A stretch of DNA of 42,520 nucleotides from a virus. Lineage: Duplodnaviria; Caudoviricetes. The stretch covers positions 1 through 42,520 of IMG/VR virus record IMGVR_UViG_3300033076_000628. One strand, given 5' to 3'. The position numbers and the translations under genes are program-made. Position 1 is the stretch's first letter, and each line of letters opens with the position of its first letter. The notes below the pieces were generated by a model. It saw nothing but the letters and a program-made list of their open reading frames with translations, was not told the origin of the DNA and searched no databases. Shown piece after piece: positions 19,762 to 27,778 of this stretch.

Positions 19762-20423
19762 TATGTTACCCTCTGCCGATACTGCCCACTACGGTACGCG
19801 TCGCTACGTTCCAAACCACCGCCGAGTTTAATAGCCAGTGTCAGCGCGTCTTTGTACATCTGATCGTACTTCGCCATCATGTCGGCTTCACCTTTCATGA
19901 ACGTGTATGCTTCTACCAGCGTACCATAAAGCAAAACTGGGTCGAAATTATCCCCGAGCCATGTAGAGCCTGCAGTAACAATCGATTCCGGATAGAAAAA
20001 ATATTGGAGCTCAGTAGCGTAAGAACTTGCTGGTGTCGGTCCTACAATGAACCGGAGCTCTGTCTGCAGCGCGCCGGAGCCATTTACGCTGGGTCCAAAC
20101 AATGCGTAATGCTTAGGAACACCCGTGGTGGCCGGGTTAGGGTATGCTTCCCGTATGAAATTAGCGTCTTTGTCCAATAAGAACGTGTAGGCTCCGTCTG
20201 AGTCGATCACTGCATAAGAGAATGTCGCCAAAAAATCGGACGGTGTATCGACATATGGACTAGCAGAAACAACTGTGCTATTAAGCGTTTTGCGCAGGGA
20301 AGGAAATAACACGGTGTTGTACACGCGAGTCTCACATTGCTGGATAAAGCGATCCATGTCCGCTGTCTCGAACGTGTTTTCCAACGTAGACTCTACCGCC
20401 TCTACCAACTCTGTGTAATTCAC
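19761..20423 (-). CDS. head-tail adaptor / tail tubular-like protein
   Basis: MNYTEL...FIQQCE; PKHYA; TWLGDNF..LLYGTLVEAY. Confidence 0.7.
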   Translation of the reverse strand: MNYTELVEAVESTLENTFETADMDRFIQQCETRVYNTVLFPSLRKTLNSTVVSASPYVDTPSDFLATFSYAVIDSDGAYTFLLDKDANFIREAYPNPATTGVPKHYALFGPSVNGSGALQTELRFIVGPTPASSYATELQYFFYPESIVTAGSTWLGDNFDPVLLYGTLVEAYTFMKGEADMMAKYDQMYKDALTLAIKLGGGLERSDAYRSGQYRQRVT

Positions 20424-20435
20424 TTCGTACTGCCT

Positions 20436-20588
20436 TTAGGCCATCGGCCCTCTTGCAATGACGCCTTTAGTAGCCGCTCCATTGCCGCGCGTCTTGATAC
20501 CCGAAGTCTTCACGTCCTTCTGGGGGTACCCGTTTTTGCCCGTTGGTTGCGTGTTGGGCTTGGGTTGTTTGTATTGTGTGGTCGCCAT
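20436..20588 (-). CDS. 50-aa basic protein (not in the ORF track)
   Basis: MATTQYKQPKPNTQPTGKNGYPQKDVKTSGIKTRGNGAATKGVIARGPMA; tightly packed in the operon. Confidence 0.7.
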   Translation of the reverse strand: MATTQYKQPKPNTQPTGKNGYPQKDVKTSGIKTRGNGAATKGVIARGPMA

Positions 20589-20589
20589 A

Positions 20590-20727
20590 CTAGACCTTCT
20601 TGCCTTGGGCGTTGTACCGTGCTGTAGTACGGCCTACGCGCTTCATCTGCTCGTTGGTCTTTCCGCCATAGTTATTCGACTTTGCGCCCCCGTCAGTAGG
20701 GACTTTCTTTGGTGTGCTTGTTGCCAT
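20590..20727 (-). CDS. 45-aa basic protein (not in the ORF track)
   Basis: MATSTPKKVPTDGGAKSNNYGGKTNEQMKRVGRTTARYNAQGKKV; RBS AAGGAG. Confidence 0.7.
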   Translation of the reverse strand: MATSTPKKVPTDGGAKSNNYGGKTNEQMKRVGRTTARYNAQGKKV

Positions 20728-20737
20728 TTTTGGCTCC

Positions 20738-21121
20738 TTACGTTACTACTACCGATACTGTACCCACTTGCACCTGAATTGCCAAGGGGTTTGGCGTGTC
20801 ACTTTCCGCAGCGCCACCACCAACTGGTGCCCATCCCCATGCATAGATACGACTACCACTTCCCAGAGTTCCGTCAACAGTTACCCCAGATACTGTGTAT
20901 AACTTATCCGGACGCGGGTTGCGTACGGCCTGTGGATCTTGCACTGGAAAAGTGCCCAACAACAGTTGGGGGTGATCGGGACTCCAACATTCGTCACAAA
21001 CCAGCATATTGACCTTTTTTGTCTTTATGACTAGTTCTTTTAGTGTTGTCAGTTTGTAGCGAAAACCGCATATATCGCATGCGGCGATACTGTTTTTTCC
21101 GGACGAGAACTGATTAGCCAT
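20738..21121 (-). CDS. CxxC...CxxC zinc-ribbon phage protein
   Basis: ACDICGFRY...VCDECWSPDHPQ; TAATG overlap gives start MANQF at 21121. Confidence 0.75.
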   Translation of the reverse strand: MANQFSSGKNSIAACDICGFRYKLTTLKELVIKTKKVNMLVCDECWSPDHPQLLLGTFPVQDPQAVRNPRPDKLYTVSGVTVDGTLGSGSRIYAWGWAPVGGGAAESDTPNPLAIQVQVGTVSVVVT

Positions 21122-21819
21122 TACACACTCCCGCCGATATATTGCCTGCGTGGGACAAACCGTACAGAGGCTTTCTCGCGATCTTCGCCCGCAGCAAGTT
21201 CCCAACTCTCGTCGTACTGCTGCTTCAACACCGGCATTCGTTCAAGGGCTCCCGGTATCTTCATAGATAGGTAGTACGCCAATCCGGCGATCATGGCAGG
21301 AAGCAAGCGGAACGGCATGTCCACCGTAGTCACACCGCTACCAGCATCTTGAATGCGGCGAAGCCGCCAGTACACAAATACGTACGTCTGCGAGTCATCT
21401 GGCACCGGCCACACCGTGATCTGCGGGGTGTTTAGTCGCTGTACCCACACTTGTATGGGCCTAGACTGCTGCAGTTTGTTCGGGATACTGGAGTATGTGG
21501 GCTCGCTGATACGTGTGATTGTCAAGTCCGCCTGCGTAAATTCGCTACCAGCTCCGGTACGAATAACGTGATCCAGCAAGTCCACTGTGTCCGCTGGGAG
21601 CGCATACGTTGCTGTCCCGGTTGTTAACGTGATACTACTACTGTCTAGCGTCCACAAATTCACGCCGCGATTACTCCAGTCAGCAAACAGTAAGTTTAAC
21701 GATCTTCGCGCAGTGCGCAGATCATATCCGGAACGCATTTCCGCGCCGCAACGCTCGAACGCCTCCTCGACAATCTCTGTCATGTCCGGATTCCAACTAG
21801 CTGTTCCTGAAGTAGTCAT
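21121..21819 (-). CDS. head-tail connector / tail tubular-like protein
   Basis: EEAFERCG, ARRSLNL..WSNRG.NLW, WPVPD, GLAYYLS motifs. Confidence 0.7.
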   Translation of the reverse strand: MTTSGTASWNPDMTEIVEEAFERCGAEMRSGYDLRTARRSLNLLFADWSNRGVNLWTLDSSSITLTTGTATYALPADTVDLLDHVIRTGAGSEFTQADLTITRISEPTYSSIPNKLQQSRPIQVWVQRLNTPQITVWPVPDDSQTYVFVYWRLRRIQDAGSGVTTVDMPFRLLPAMIAGLAYYLSMKIPGALERMPVLKQQYDESWELAAGEDREKASVRFVPRRQYIGGSV

Positions 21820-22062
21820 CTAGCACTTCCACTTATCAAGAGCGAGTTTTTTACGTGTTGGCTCCCCGTTGGGTTTGTTCAACGGCCCCGGCATTCCGCT
21901 CATACGCGCACAAAAAGAATCTTTGCGTTTGCCGCCCTCGGGCTGTGGCGGCTTTAAATTCATGCCTTGTTTTTTCGCAGACGCGCGGCCTTTAGCGTTA
22001 AGTCCGCCTGTCGGGCTCTTGCCCTCCGCTCTCTGCCAAGCAGGAGTTTTATGCTTTTTCAT
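21820..22062 (-). CDS. small basic protein (DUF6321-like)
   Basis: GGLNAKGR...SFCARM...ALDKWKC. Confidence 0.7.
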   Translation of the reverse strand: MKKHKTPAWQRAEGKSPTGGLNAKGRASAKKQGMNLKPPQPEGGKRKDSFCARMSGMPGPLNKPNGEPTRKKLALDKWKC

Positions 22063-22328
22063 TTCTTAAAGCCTTTTAGCGTTTGCGCAAGTCGTGCTCG
22101 CTGCCCCAACTTACCGCCTTTTTCTGCCGCTGCGGCCAGTTTCTTAGCAGGGATTTTCTGTCCTTTAGGAACTCCAAGCTGCTCATGCAGCGCCCCTGGC
22201 TTCTTTATGGCTCCTGCGATCCAACCACCTTTCGCGTACAGATCAACCGGCTCTTTGCCGTCCTTCTTAATCACACTCTTCGGCTGCTTATTGGGCGCAA
22301 TTGCGCCCATACCGCGTGATGCTCTCAT
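22059..22328 (-). CDS. small basic phage protein
   Basis: YAKGG then WIAGAIKKPGALH..LGVP.G.KIP...RARLAQTL. Confidence 0.75.
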   Translation of the reverse strand: MRASRGMGAIAPNKQPKSVIKKDGKEPVDLYAKGGWIAGAIKKPGALHEQLGVPKGQKIPAKKLAAAAEKGGKLGQRARLAQTLKGFKK

Positions 22329-22606
22329 CGCACGGTTCCTTTCGTACGCCCACGCTGGACTATCCCATCGCCCCTACGTCCCACAGAACCGCCTTTTTTA
22401 AAAGTTATTTCCTTGACTGGTGAATCGCCCGTAGTTTCTTTCTTTGTACTCTTGCGCCGATCCATTTCCTGCTGCGCCGCATTCGCTTGTTTGCGGGTGG
22501 TTGGATCAAAAAAATCAGCTACTTTACCTGCAAAGCCGGTACGCCCTTTAACGGCGTTTTTACGTATTTCAAGCTCTTCATCTGTGGCATTTGTCATGTC
22601 CGCCAT
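22325..22606 (-). CDS. small basic protein
   Basis: C-terminal FKKGGSV.RRGDGI..RGRTKG; RBS GGAGG. Confidence 0.7.
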   Translation of the reverse strand: MADMTNATDEELEIRKNAVKGRTGFAGKVADFFDPTTRKQANAAQQEMDRRKSTKKETTGDSPVKEITFKKGGSVGRRGDGIVQRGRTKGTVR

Positions 22607-22728
22607 AATCTCTTCCTCCGTAACAAAAGCCCAGCAATTAGCGCTATGAGAAGCACTCCGCCCATGCTAGTAAATAAAAAGTAATCGTAGCCAACGAGCA
22701 AGGTGCCTGCAAACACCTTTGGGTGCAT
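22594..22728 (-). CDS. 44-aa membrane mini-protein (not in the ORF track)
   Basis: MHPKVFAGTLLVGYDYFLFTSMGGVLLIALIAGLLLRRKRLWRT; fills the gap exactly; TM segment followed by RRKR. Confidence 0.5.
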   Translation of the reverse strand: MHPKVFAGTLLVGYDYFLFTSMGGVLLIALIAGLLLRRKRLWRT

Positions 22729-22729
22729 G

Positions 22730-23056
22730 TCAGCAACGCCCACCGCGTTTCATCGTAACCGTTTTTCCTTTAGTCTTGCCACGAGCCTCAATTCCGCCAC
22801 CCTTGGCGTACTTCGCCATGCCGCCTTTTTTCATGGCGGCTGCTTCGGACATTTCCTCTTTAACAATCTTCTTTGGCACACCAGCCTTTTTCATTGCCAC
22901 TACGTGGCGCAATTCCATAGACTTAGATTCTTTCATTTCGCCACCTTTTGAATAAAATTCCAAACTACCATTATCGGTTTTGCGTTTTCCAATGGCGCTG
23001 CGCCCGTGATCAGTTTCCTTCTGGGACAATGCCTGCTTTGGTATTGAACTAGGCAT
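22730..23056 (-). CDS. small Lys-rich protein with four xxxGG motifs
   Basis: YSKGG, MKKGG, YAKGG, MKRGG. Confidence 0.7.
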   Translation of the reverse strand: MPSSIPKQALSQKETDHGRSAIGKRKTDNGSLEFYSKGGEMKESKSMELRHVVAMKKAGVPKKIVKEEMSEAAAMKKGGMAKYAKGGGIEARGKTKGKTVTMKRGGRC

Positions 23057-23354
23057 AAAAAACCATTGCCGAACCCAAGTTTGTTACGGTGCCATATACA
23101 GATGTCCTAAACAACAGTCCTTCTCCTGGAAGCAGTACATACGTAGGCTGCGTTGCGGAAGCAACAGTATTGATCGTGGCAATAATAGTTCCGCTAGCCC
23201 CACCATCACGCAGCACTAGACTTCCCGCTGTCGCACTCGGTACGATATATACAGACTTAACCCGCACTCGTGTTAAGTTATTAGTTGCCGAAGGGTCCTG
23301 AAACTGCCCGGAGGCAGTAATAGGAGCCGAGGCTAGGATGTCAGTTTGACTCAT
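23049..23354 (-). CDS. small beta-rich virion protein
   Basis: RVKSVYI...LRDGGASG...PGEGLLF; RBS GGAGG. Confidence 0.65.
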   Translation of the reverse strand: MSQTDILASAPITASGQFQDPSATNNLTRVRVKSVYIVPSATAGSLVLRDGGASGTIIATINTVASATQPTYVLLPGEGLLFRTSVYGTVTNLGSAMVFYA

Positions 23355-23365
23355 AGCCTCCCCCT

Positions 23366-23860
23366 TTATGCGCTAGCAGGAGAATCAGATCCGTCTGCCG
23401 CACGCTGAATATATCGCACAGTCACAACAATAGACCCGGCAGTAGGGTTGCCTGTAGCCGCAGTAAAAGTACCTGTAACCGTAACATCGGAGGTGCCGAT
23501 ATTGTTTGTTTGCGCAACCACTGTTGCAGCATCCACAGTCGCCTGCGGTACTCGCACAGAAGATGTCGTAGTATTGAAGGTAGTTACAAAGAAATTGGCA
23601 GTTCCCGACTTCCCAATAACAACGCCGCAGTTAGAAACAGACCCGCCAGAAAGCGCTGTTACTACCTCTACTTGAAATCCAAGAATCTTAGAACCCGCAG
23701 GAAGTGTGAAGAGATTTACTGCGGAAGGCGCTGTTGTGATGTCCGCAAAACCGACAGTTTTTGTCTGAATTAGCTCGACAAGCCCTACATTCTTTTCAGT
23801 AACTGCGCCATAGCGCACTGTGCCAGTACGGAGCGGTCCAGATAAGGTTGAGAAACCCAT
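23366..23860 (-). CDS. putative capsid decoration/minor structural protein
   Basis: STLSGPLRTG start, LPAGSKI, beta-rich; RBS AAGGA. Confidence 0.6.
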   Translation of the reverse strand: MGFSTLSGPLRTGTVRYGAVTEKNVGLVELIQTKTVGFADITTAPSAVNLFTLPAGSKILGFQVEVVTALSGGSVSNCGVVIGKSGTANFFVTTFNTTTSSVRVPQATVDAATVVAQTNNIGTSDVTVTGTFTAATGNPTAGSIVVTVRYIQRAADGSDSPASA

Positions 23861-23941
23861 TTTAATTCCTTACATACAAGTTACGCGTAGTAATCGGTAT
23901 GTCGTCTGCCGGGACAGTTTACTACGCCGGTTTTTCCCGGT
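23861..23941 (-). ncRNA. structured 5' leader (candidate cis-regulatory RNA)
   Basis: Perfect 9-bp stem GCGUAGUAA/UUACUACGC plus two further 6-bp complementarities; see findings. Confidence 0.55.
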
Positions 23942-23947
23942 ACTTTC

Positions 23948-23976
23948 AATATACCACTTGCGATAACTTAAGGCAA
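23948..23976 (-). promoter_or_regulatory. sigma70-like promoter
   Basis: TTGCCT-N17-TATATT with TG extension. Confidence 0.6.
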
Positions 23977-25140
23977 TGTATTTACTACAAAATCCGCCGT
24001 TAAATCTCCTGCAGCAATCGTGACCGTCACGTTTGTTCGTGCTGTATAGTTTACCCCGGCAATCGCAGTATCGTCCTCCGTGCTAGCCAGAACCGTTGTA
24101 TCTAGCGCACTTAACGCGCTTTGTGTAATAGTGAAAGTCACTGGGGAGCCGGGGGCCACCGCTGCAGGGTCATTGATAGACAGGGAAGGTGCCGCTGTGG
24201 TATTGACAATCGTACCAGTACCTGCTGTTCCGCCTACCGTAAGCGTGTATGTCAAGTCGTGGTTATACAACCCGTCATCAATCGTATCAATTGTGACTGT
24301 GAACGAGCTAACTGCAGTAGGAACAACCAAATTGCCTGCCGAAAATGTAACTCCGTTAGAGTACGTAGCATCTGCCAAATCCGTACTGAAGTTCACGCCG
24401 TTCACTGCAGGATATGTACCCGAGCCCGCCAATGTAGAGGCGTAGTTCGTTGTTCCCGAAGTAGCTCCGGAAAGCGTCACTGTGTGTACTATTGCGCTGC
24501 CTTCGTCTGCACTATCATCGCTGACATCTGTAACGGTCGGGCCGCTTGCAGGTTCTGCCAAAAACGCAGCGATAAACGCAAAAGTATCATTCCATGTAGC
24601 GGTCTCGGTAGTTGCTGCGCCGCCTATTTTGTACGCCGATGCAAAGTCGAGGTTTGCGCCGTTTACCTGCCCGCCATTTGTAAAACCGCTAGGTGTCGTG
24701 TACGTCGTCCCGCCGTTATTTTTAGCAGACATTGTGACAACAAAGTCACCTGCCGCTGTGGTAGTAACAGACACAACAGGATCACCTGCTACTGAGTTTC
24801 CATCCGCTGGGGATGTTGCTTTTACGCCAGATAGCAAATACAACTGCAACGCTGTGCCGCGCTCCCCGCCTGAACTATTGGTAACGGTAAACGTACCTGA
24901 AGACGTAGCTACTTTACTATAAAAAATTGCAGTGCCGGTGTCCGCAGTTCGACCAGATATTTTCGTATAGCTGTTACCTTGATTGTCAGTAACGGTGTTA
25001 CCTCCAGCCCCATTAAAACTCGCTGCCAGTGCAATTACGTAATCACCTACATCTGGTTGTGTAGTGAAACTGTCGCTAATAGTTCCTGCGTAGGCCCCGT
25101 TATAAACGGGAGATCGTACTTGTCTTACTGTGATACTCAT
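23968..25140 (-). CDS. beta-rich accessory virion protein with Calx-beta-like domains
   Basis: DDSADEGSAIVHTVTLS...TIDTIDD and PSLSIND...TAIAGVNY..TVTIAAG; second domain ends prematurely. Confidence 0.7.
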   Translation of the reverse strand: MSITVRQVRSPVYNGAYAGTISDSFTTQPDVGDYVIALAASFNGAGGNTVTDNQGNSYTKISGRTADTGTAIFYSKVATSSGTFTVTNSSGGERGTALQLYLLSGVKATSPADGNSVAGDPVVSVTTTAAGDFVVTMSAKNNGGTTYTTPSGFTNGGQVNGANLDFASAYKIGGAATTETATWNDTFAFIAAFLAEPASGPTVTDVSDDSADEGSAIVHTVTLSGATSGTTNYASTLAGSGTYPAVNGVNFSTDLADATYSNGVTFSAGNLVVPTAVSSFTVTIDTIDDGLYNHDLTYTLTVGGTAGTGTIVNTTAAPSLSINDPAAVAPGSPVTFTITQSALSALDTTVLASTEDDTAIAGVNYTARTNVTVTIAAGDLTADFVVNTLP

Positions 25141-27227
25141 GATGCGATTACCCCGCCTATATCGTATGTTGGTGCTCTAGCTTCGCCGAAGAAATCCTCA
25201 AACACAGCTACATACGTGCCCCCATCTACAGCGTAGCCGGATGTTGGTGTCCATGTGCTAAGGGTTGCCGTTGGGGGTATCGTAAAGCCCGGTACTGTGC
25301 CCGTAAGCTGTGCGTTGCTTGTGTTGTTGGAAGCCGTGTAAACAGGCGTTGTTGGTCCTGCGGCCGCAATCGTCTTGGCCGGAGAATTACTAAACGCGTC
25401 TTGCGTAGCGCTTGGCGCATATCCCAAGTTGTTGACGATTGTCGTTCCAGTCATGTTTGTACTGCCTGTGGCTGTATAGATCACGAACATGCTTTCAATC
25501 GAGCTAGTCGTGGAGTACAGCGAGTTATACAAACCGTAGTTATCGTCTGGTATAGGGCTAGTAGTAAGGCTCTGGAACTGAACTGTAAACAGCCCCTCCA
25601 TAGAACCATTAGCCAGATTGTTGCGCGCAGTACACCGAATTGCTTCACTCGTAATGCAGTTGGCAATGTCTCCAGTAAACAAATTACGCTCAACAATAAC
25701 GTCCCTGATGCGCTCATCATGCGAAGAAGACTGCGGCGCAACTTGCACTGCCAGCCCTGTGCCCAACGGCCCGCCATCAATTTCGTTGTCCGAAATAATA
25801 CAAAACTCAGTCCACACACCTGTCCAAGTAGTAAAGCCCGATACGGTAGAGCCTCGCAAAGCAATAATCTGCTTGTCTTTAGGAAAGCTATGGTCTGGAC
25901 GCAACATGCCGGGTTGCGATAAGTAGTTGTTCTCGTAAACAGAATATGGCTCCCCCTGCGTACGAACATTGTGCTCGATCTGCTCGCAACCAGCCACACG
26001 ACTGCCCAACAAAGCAAAATGAGAGCCCAACTGCGACCAGATGCCTACATTTCCGCTATACCCAGTAAAATCGTGGAAGTTGCAGTTGACCACAGCCTTG
26101 TATCGAATTGCGCTCGATGAGAACGCCTCCGTCATCAAATCTGTCTCCACATTCAACATAAGCACATGGCCGTCTATCAACGTGGGATACGCCGAGTTAA
26201 TGATAGTCAGTGCAATCTTCGTGTCGTTCACGCCATCTGCGCGCTGCACCAACCCATCCCACTTGCAATTCATCATCGTGTAGTTGATGTCGTCAGTAGA
26301 GAACGTGCCCGTAATGCCGTAACTTGGAGTTCCTGCAGCGTGGGTAACAGTGAACAAAGGCACGTCACCAGATGCACCAAACATGTCCTGCTGGATACCT
26401 TTGTATGCCAGTGTAATGTCGCCATTCGCTGTCCACGTCTCCCCGCGCCGAAACAGGATTCGTTGATTGTCTGCTGTAATGTGTGCGTACGCTGCGGCAA
26501 CTGTAGTTTCAGTAAAAGTCTGAGCCCCTACCGGGGCACCAGTGAAATTGCCAGATGTACTTATGCAGATTGTGTTTGTGCCTGAGTAAGTAGTGTCCGC
26601 TGCTGTTACTGTTGTAACAAGCTCTTCTGTCGTACCGTAACTTAACGTTCCGCCACTATCTACATAAACAGGCGTTACTTTTGCCGTATACGTGCCTGCT
26701 GTCTCATAGACGTGCGCCGCTACTGCCCCACGGGCCAGATTCCTATCGTTAACACTTGTGCTTGCTTGTGTGCCGTACGTCCATGTGCTTGTACCATCTC
26801 CGAAATTCCACAAATAAAGCACGTCACGGAACGCATTAACGCCCAAGCTAGTCGTTGTGTTAGTGGCATCAAAGTGTACATAACACGGGGCCGTACCGCT
26901 AGTCCTTGACGCAGTAGCAGTTGTATTTATGTCACCCGTACCAGTCAGGGACTCCCCCAATATAGCTGCGGCCATGACCGCGCCAAGCGTAGATGGAAGT
27001 GCGGGATCGATAAGCCCAATACCCAGACTGTCCAAAATAGTTGCGTTTGTGGGGCTCGTTAGGTTTACGTTAAATTGCAGCGTTTCTACAGGCAGATCGG
27101 TGTCGATTATGCCCGTGCCCTGCGCATCGCCAATTGTCGCATTCGTCGGGCTTGTTAAATTAACAAAAAAACGAAGCTGGTTAGTTGGAATACCCGCATT
27201 AGCGAGTAATAGGAATAGCAGCTTCAT
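25137..27227 (-). CDS. PKD-domain plus parallel beta-helix protein (adhesin/depolymerase-like)
   Basis: YLWNFGDG...AHVYETAGTYT (PKD); ILFRRGETW and Asn-ladder repeats (pectin-lyase-like); ends DIGG. Confidence 0.75.
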   Translation of the reverse strand: MKLLFLLLANAGIPTNQLRFFVNLTSPTNATIGDAQGTGIIDTDLPVETLQFNVNLTSPTNATILDSLGIGLIDPALPSTLGAVMAAAILGESLTGTGDINTTATASRTSGTAPCYVHFDATNTTTSLGVNAFRDVLYLWNFGDGTSTWTYGTQASTSVNDRNLARGAVAAHVYETAGTYTAKVTPVYVDSGGTLSYGTTEELVTTVTAADTTYSGTNTICISTSGNFTGAPVGAQTFTETTVAAAYAHITADNQRILFRRGETWTANGDITLAYKGIQQDMFGASGDVPLFTVTHAAGTPSYGITGTFSTDDINYTMMNCKWDGLVQRADGVNDTKIALTIINSAYPTLIDGHVLMLNVETDLMTEAFSSSAIRYKAVVNCNFHDFTGYSGNVGIWSQLGSHFALLGSRVAGCEQIEHNVRTQGEPYSVYENNYLSQPGMLRPDHSFPKDKQIIALRGSTVSGFTTWTGVWTEFCIISDNEIDGGPLGTGLAVQVAPQSSSHDERIRDVIVERNLFTGDIANCITSEAIRCTARNNLANGSMEGLFTVQFQSLTTSPIPDDNYGLYNSLYSTTSSIESMFVIYTATGSTNMTGTTIVNNLGYAPSATQDAFSNSPAKTIAAAGPTTPVYTASNNTSNAQLTGTVPGFTIPPTATLSTWTPTSGYAVDGGTYVAVFEDFFGEARAPTYDIGGVIAS

Positions 27228-27520
27228 GCCGGTTTAATGTACGCCCAAGTATTGGGACCTACATGCATGATACCGACTGTGCCGTACTGCGCTTGTGTCG
27301 GGGCTGTATTTGTGAATGTAACACCCGGACCGGCAATGAAAGATACGGCACTGGCAGATTGTTGATACAATGCCACCGCGGTTGAGTTGTTTGCATTCAA
27401 ACCCATCAAACGATCTTCATTAACCGTAATGTCTACGCCCGAAGTACAGACAAGCACCTTGTCGAAATCGTACGAATTCATCGGTCTAGATACGTCTGCC
27501 GTGATGTAAAGCTGCGCCAT
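27224..27520 (-). CDS. small beta-rich protein, first gene of the accessory cassette
   Basis: VSFIAGPGVT...QYGTVGIMHVGPNTW; RBS GGAG. Confidence 0.65.
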   Translation of the reverse strand: MAQLYITADVSRPMNSYDFDKVLVCTSGVDITVNEDRLMGLNANNSTAVALYQQSASAVSFIAGPGVTFTNTAPTQAQYGTVGIMHVGPNTWAYIKPA

Positions 27521-27541
27521 ATAGGTTCTCCAATACTCGGA

Positions 27542-27570
27542 ATTACACCATTTTTATTTGGATTGTGCAA
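27542..27570 (-). promoter_or_regulatory. sigma70-like promoter for the accessory cassette
   Basis: TTGCAC-N17-TGTAAT with TG extension, downstream of the capsid terminator. Confidence 0.55.
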
Positions 27571-27735
27571 CCCTGTTTTTAGCGCCCCTAGCGGCCAGCA
27601 TTTTTGCTTTGAACTCGGGGTCCGCCCGTGGTGTACGGAGATTTGCAAATTTATGTATTTCTACATAAATAGAACTACGTCCGGTATAAAACGCCAATGT
27701 ATAGCTTTTACGAGCTTTATGTTGTTTTTCCCATG

Positions 27736-27759
27736 AAAAAAGGCCCCGAAGGGCCTTTT
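27736..27759 (-). terminator. intrinsic terminator after the major capsid gene
   Basis: AAAAGGCCC-TTCG-GGGCCTTTTTT (cUUCGg loop). Confidence 0.9.
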
Positions 27760-27778
27760 AAGTTGCTTTTTAGGCTGT

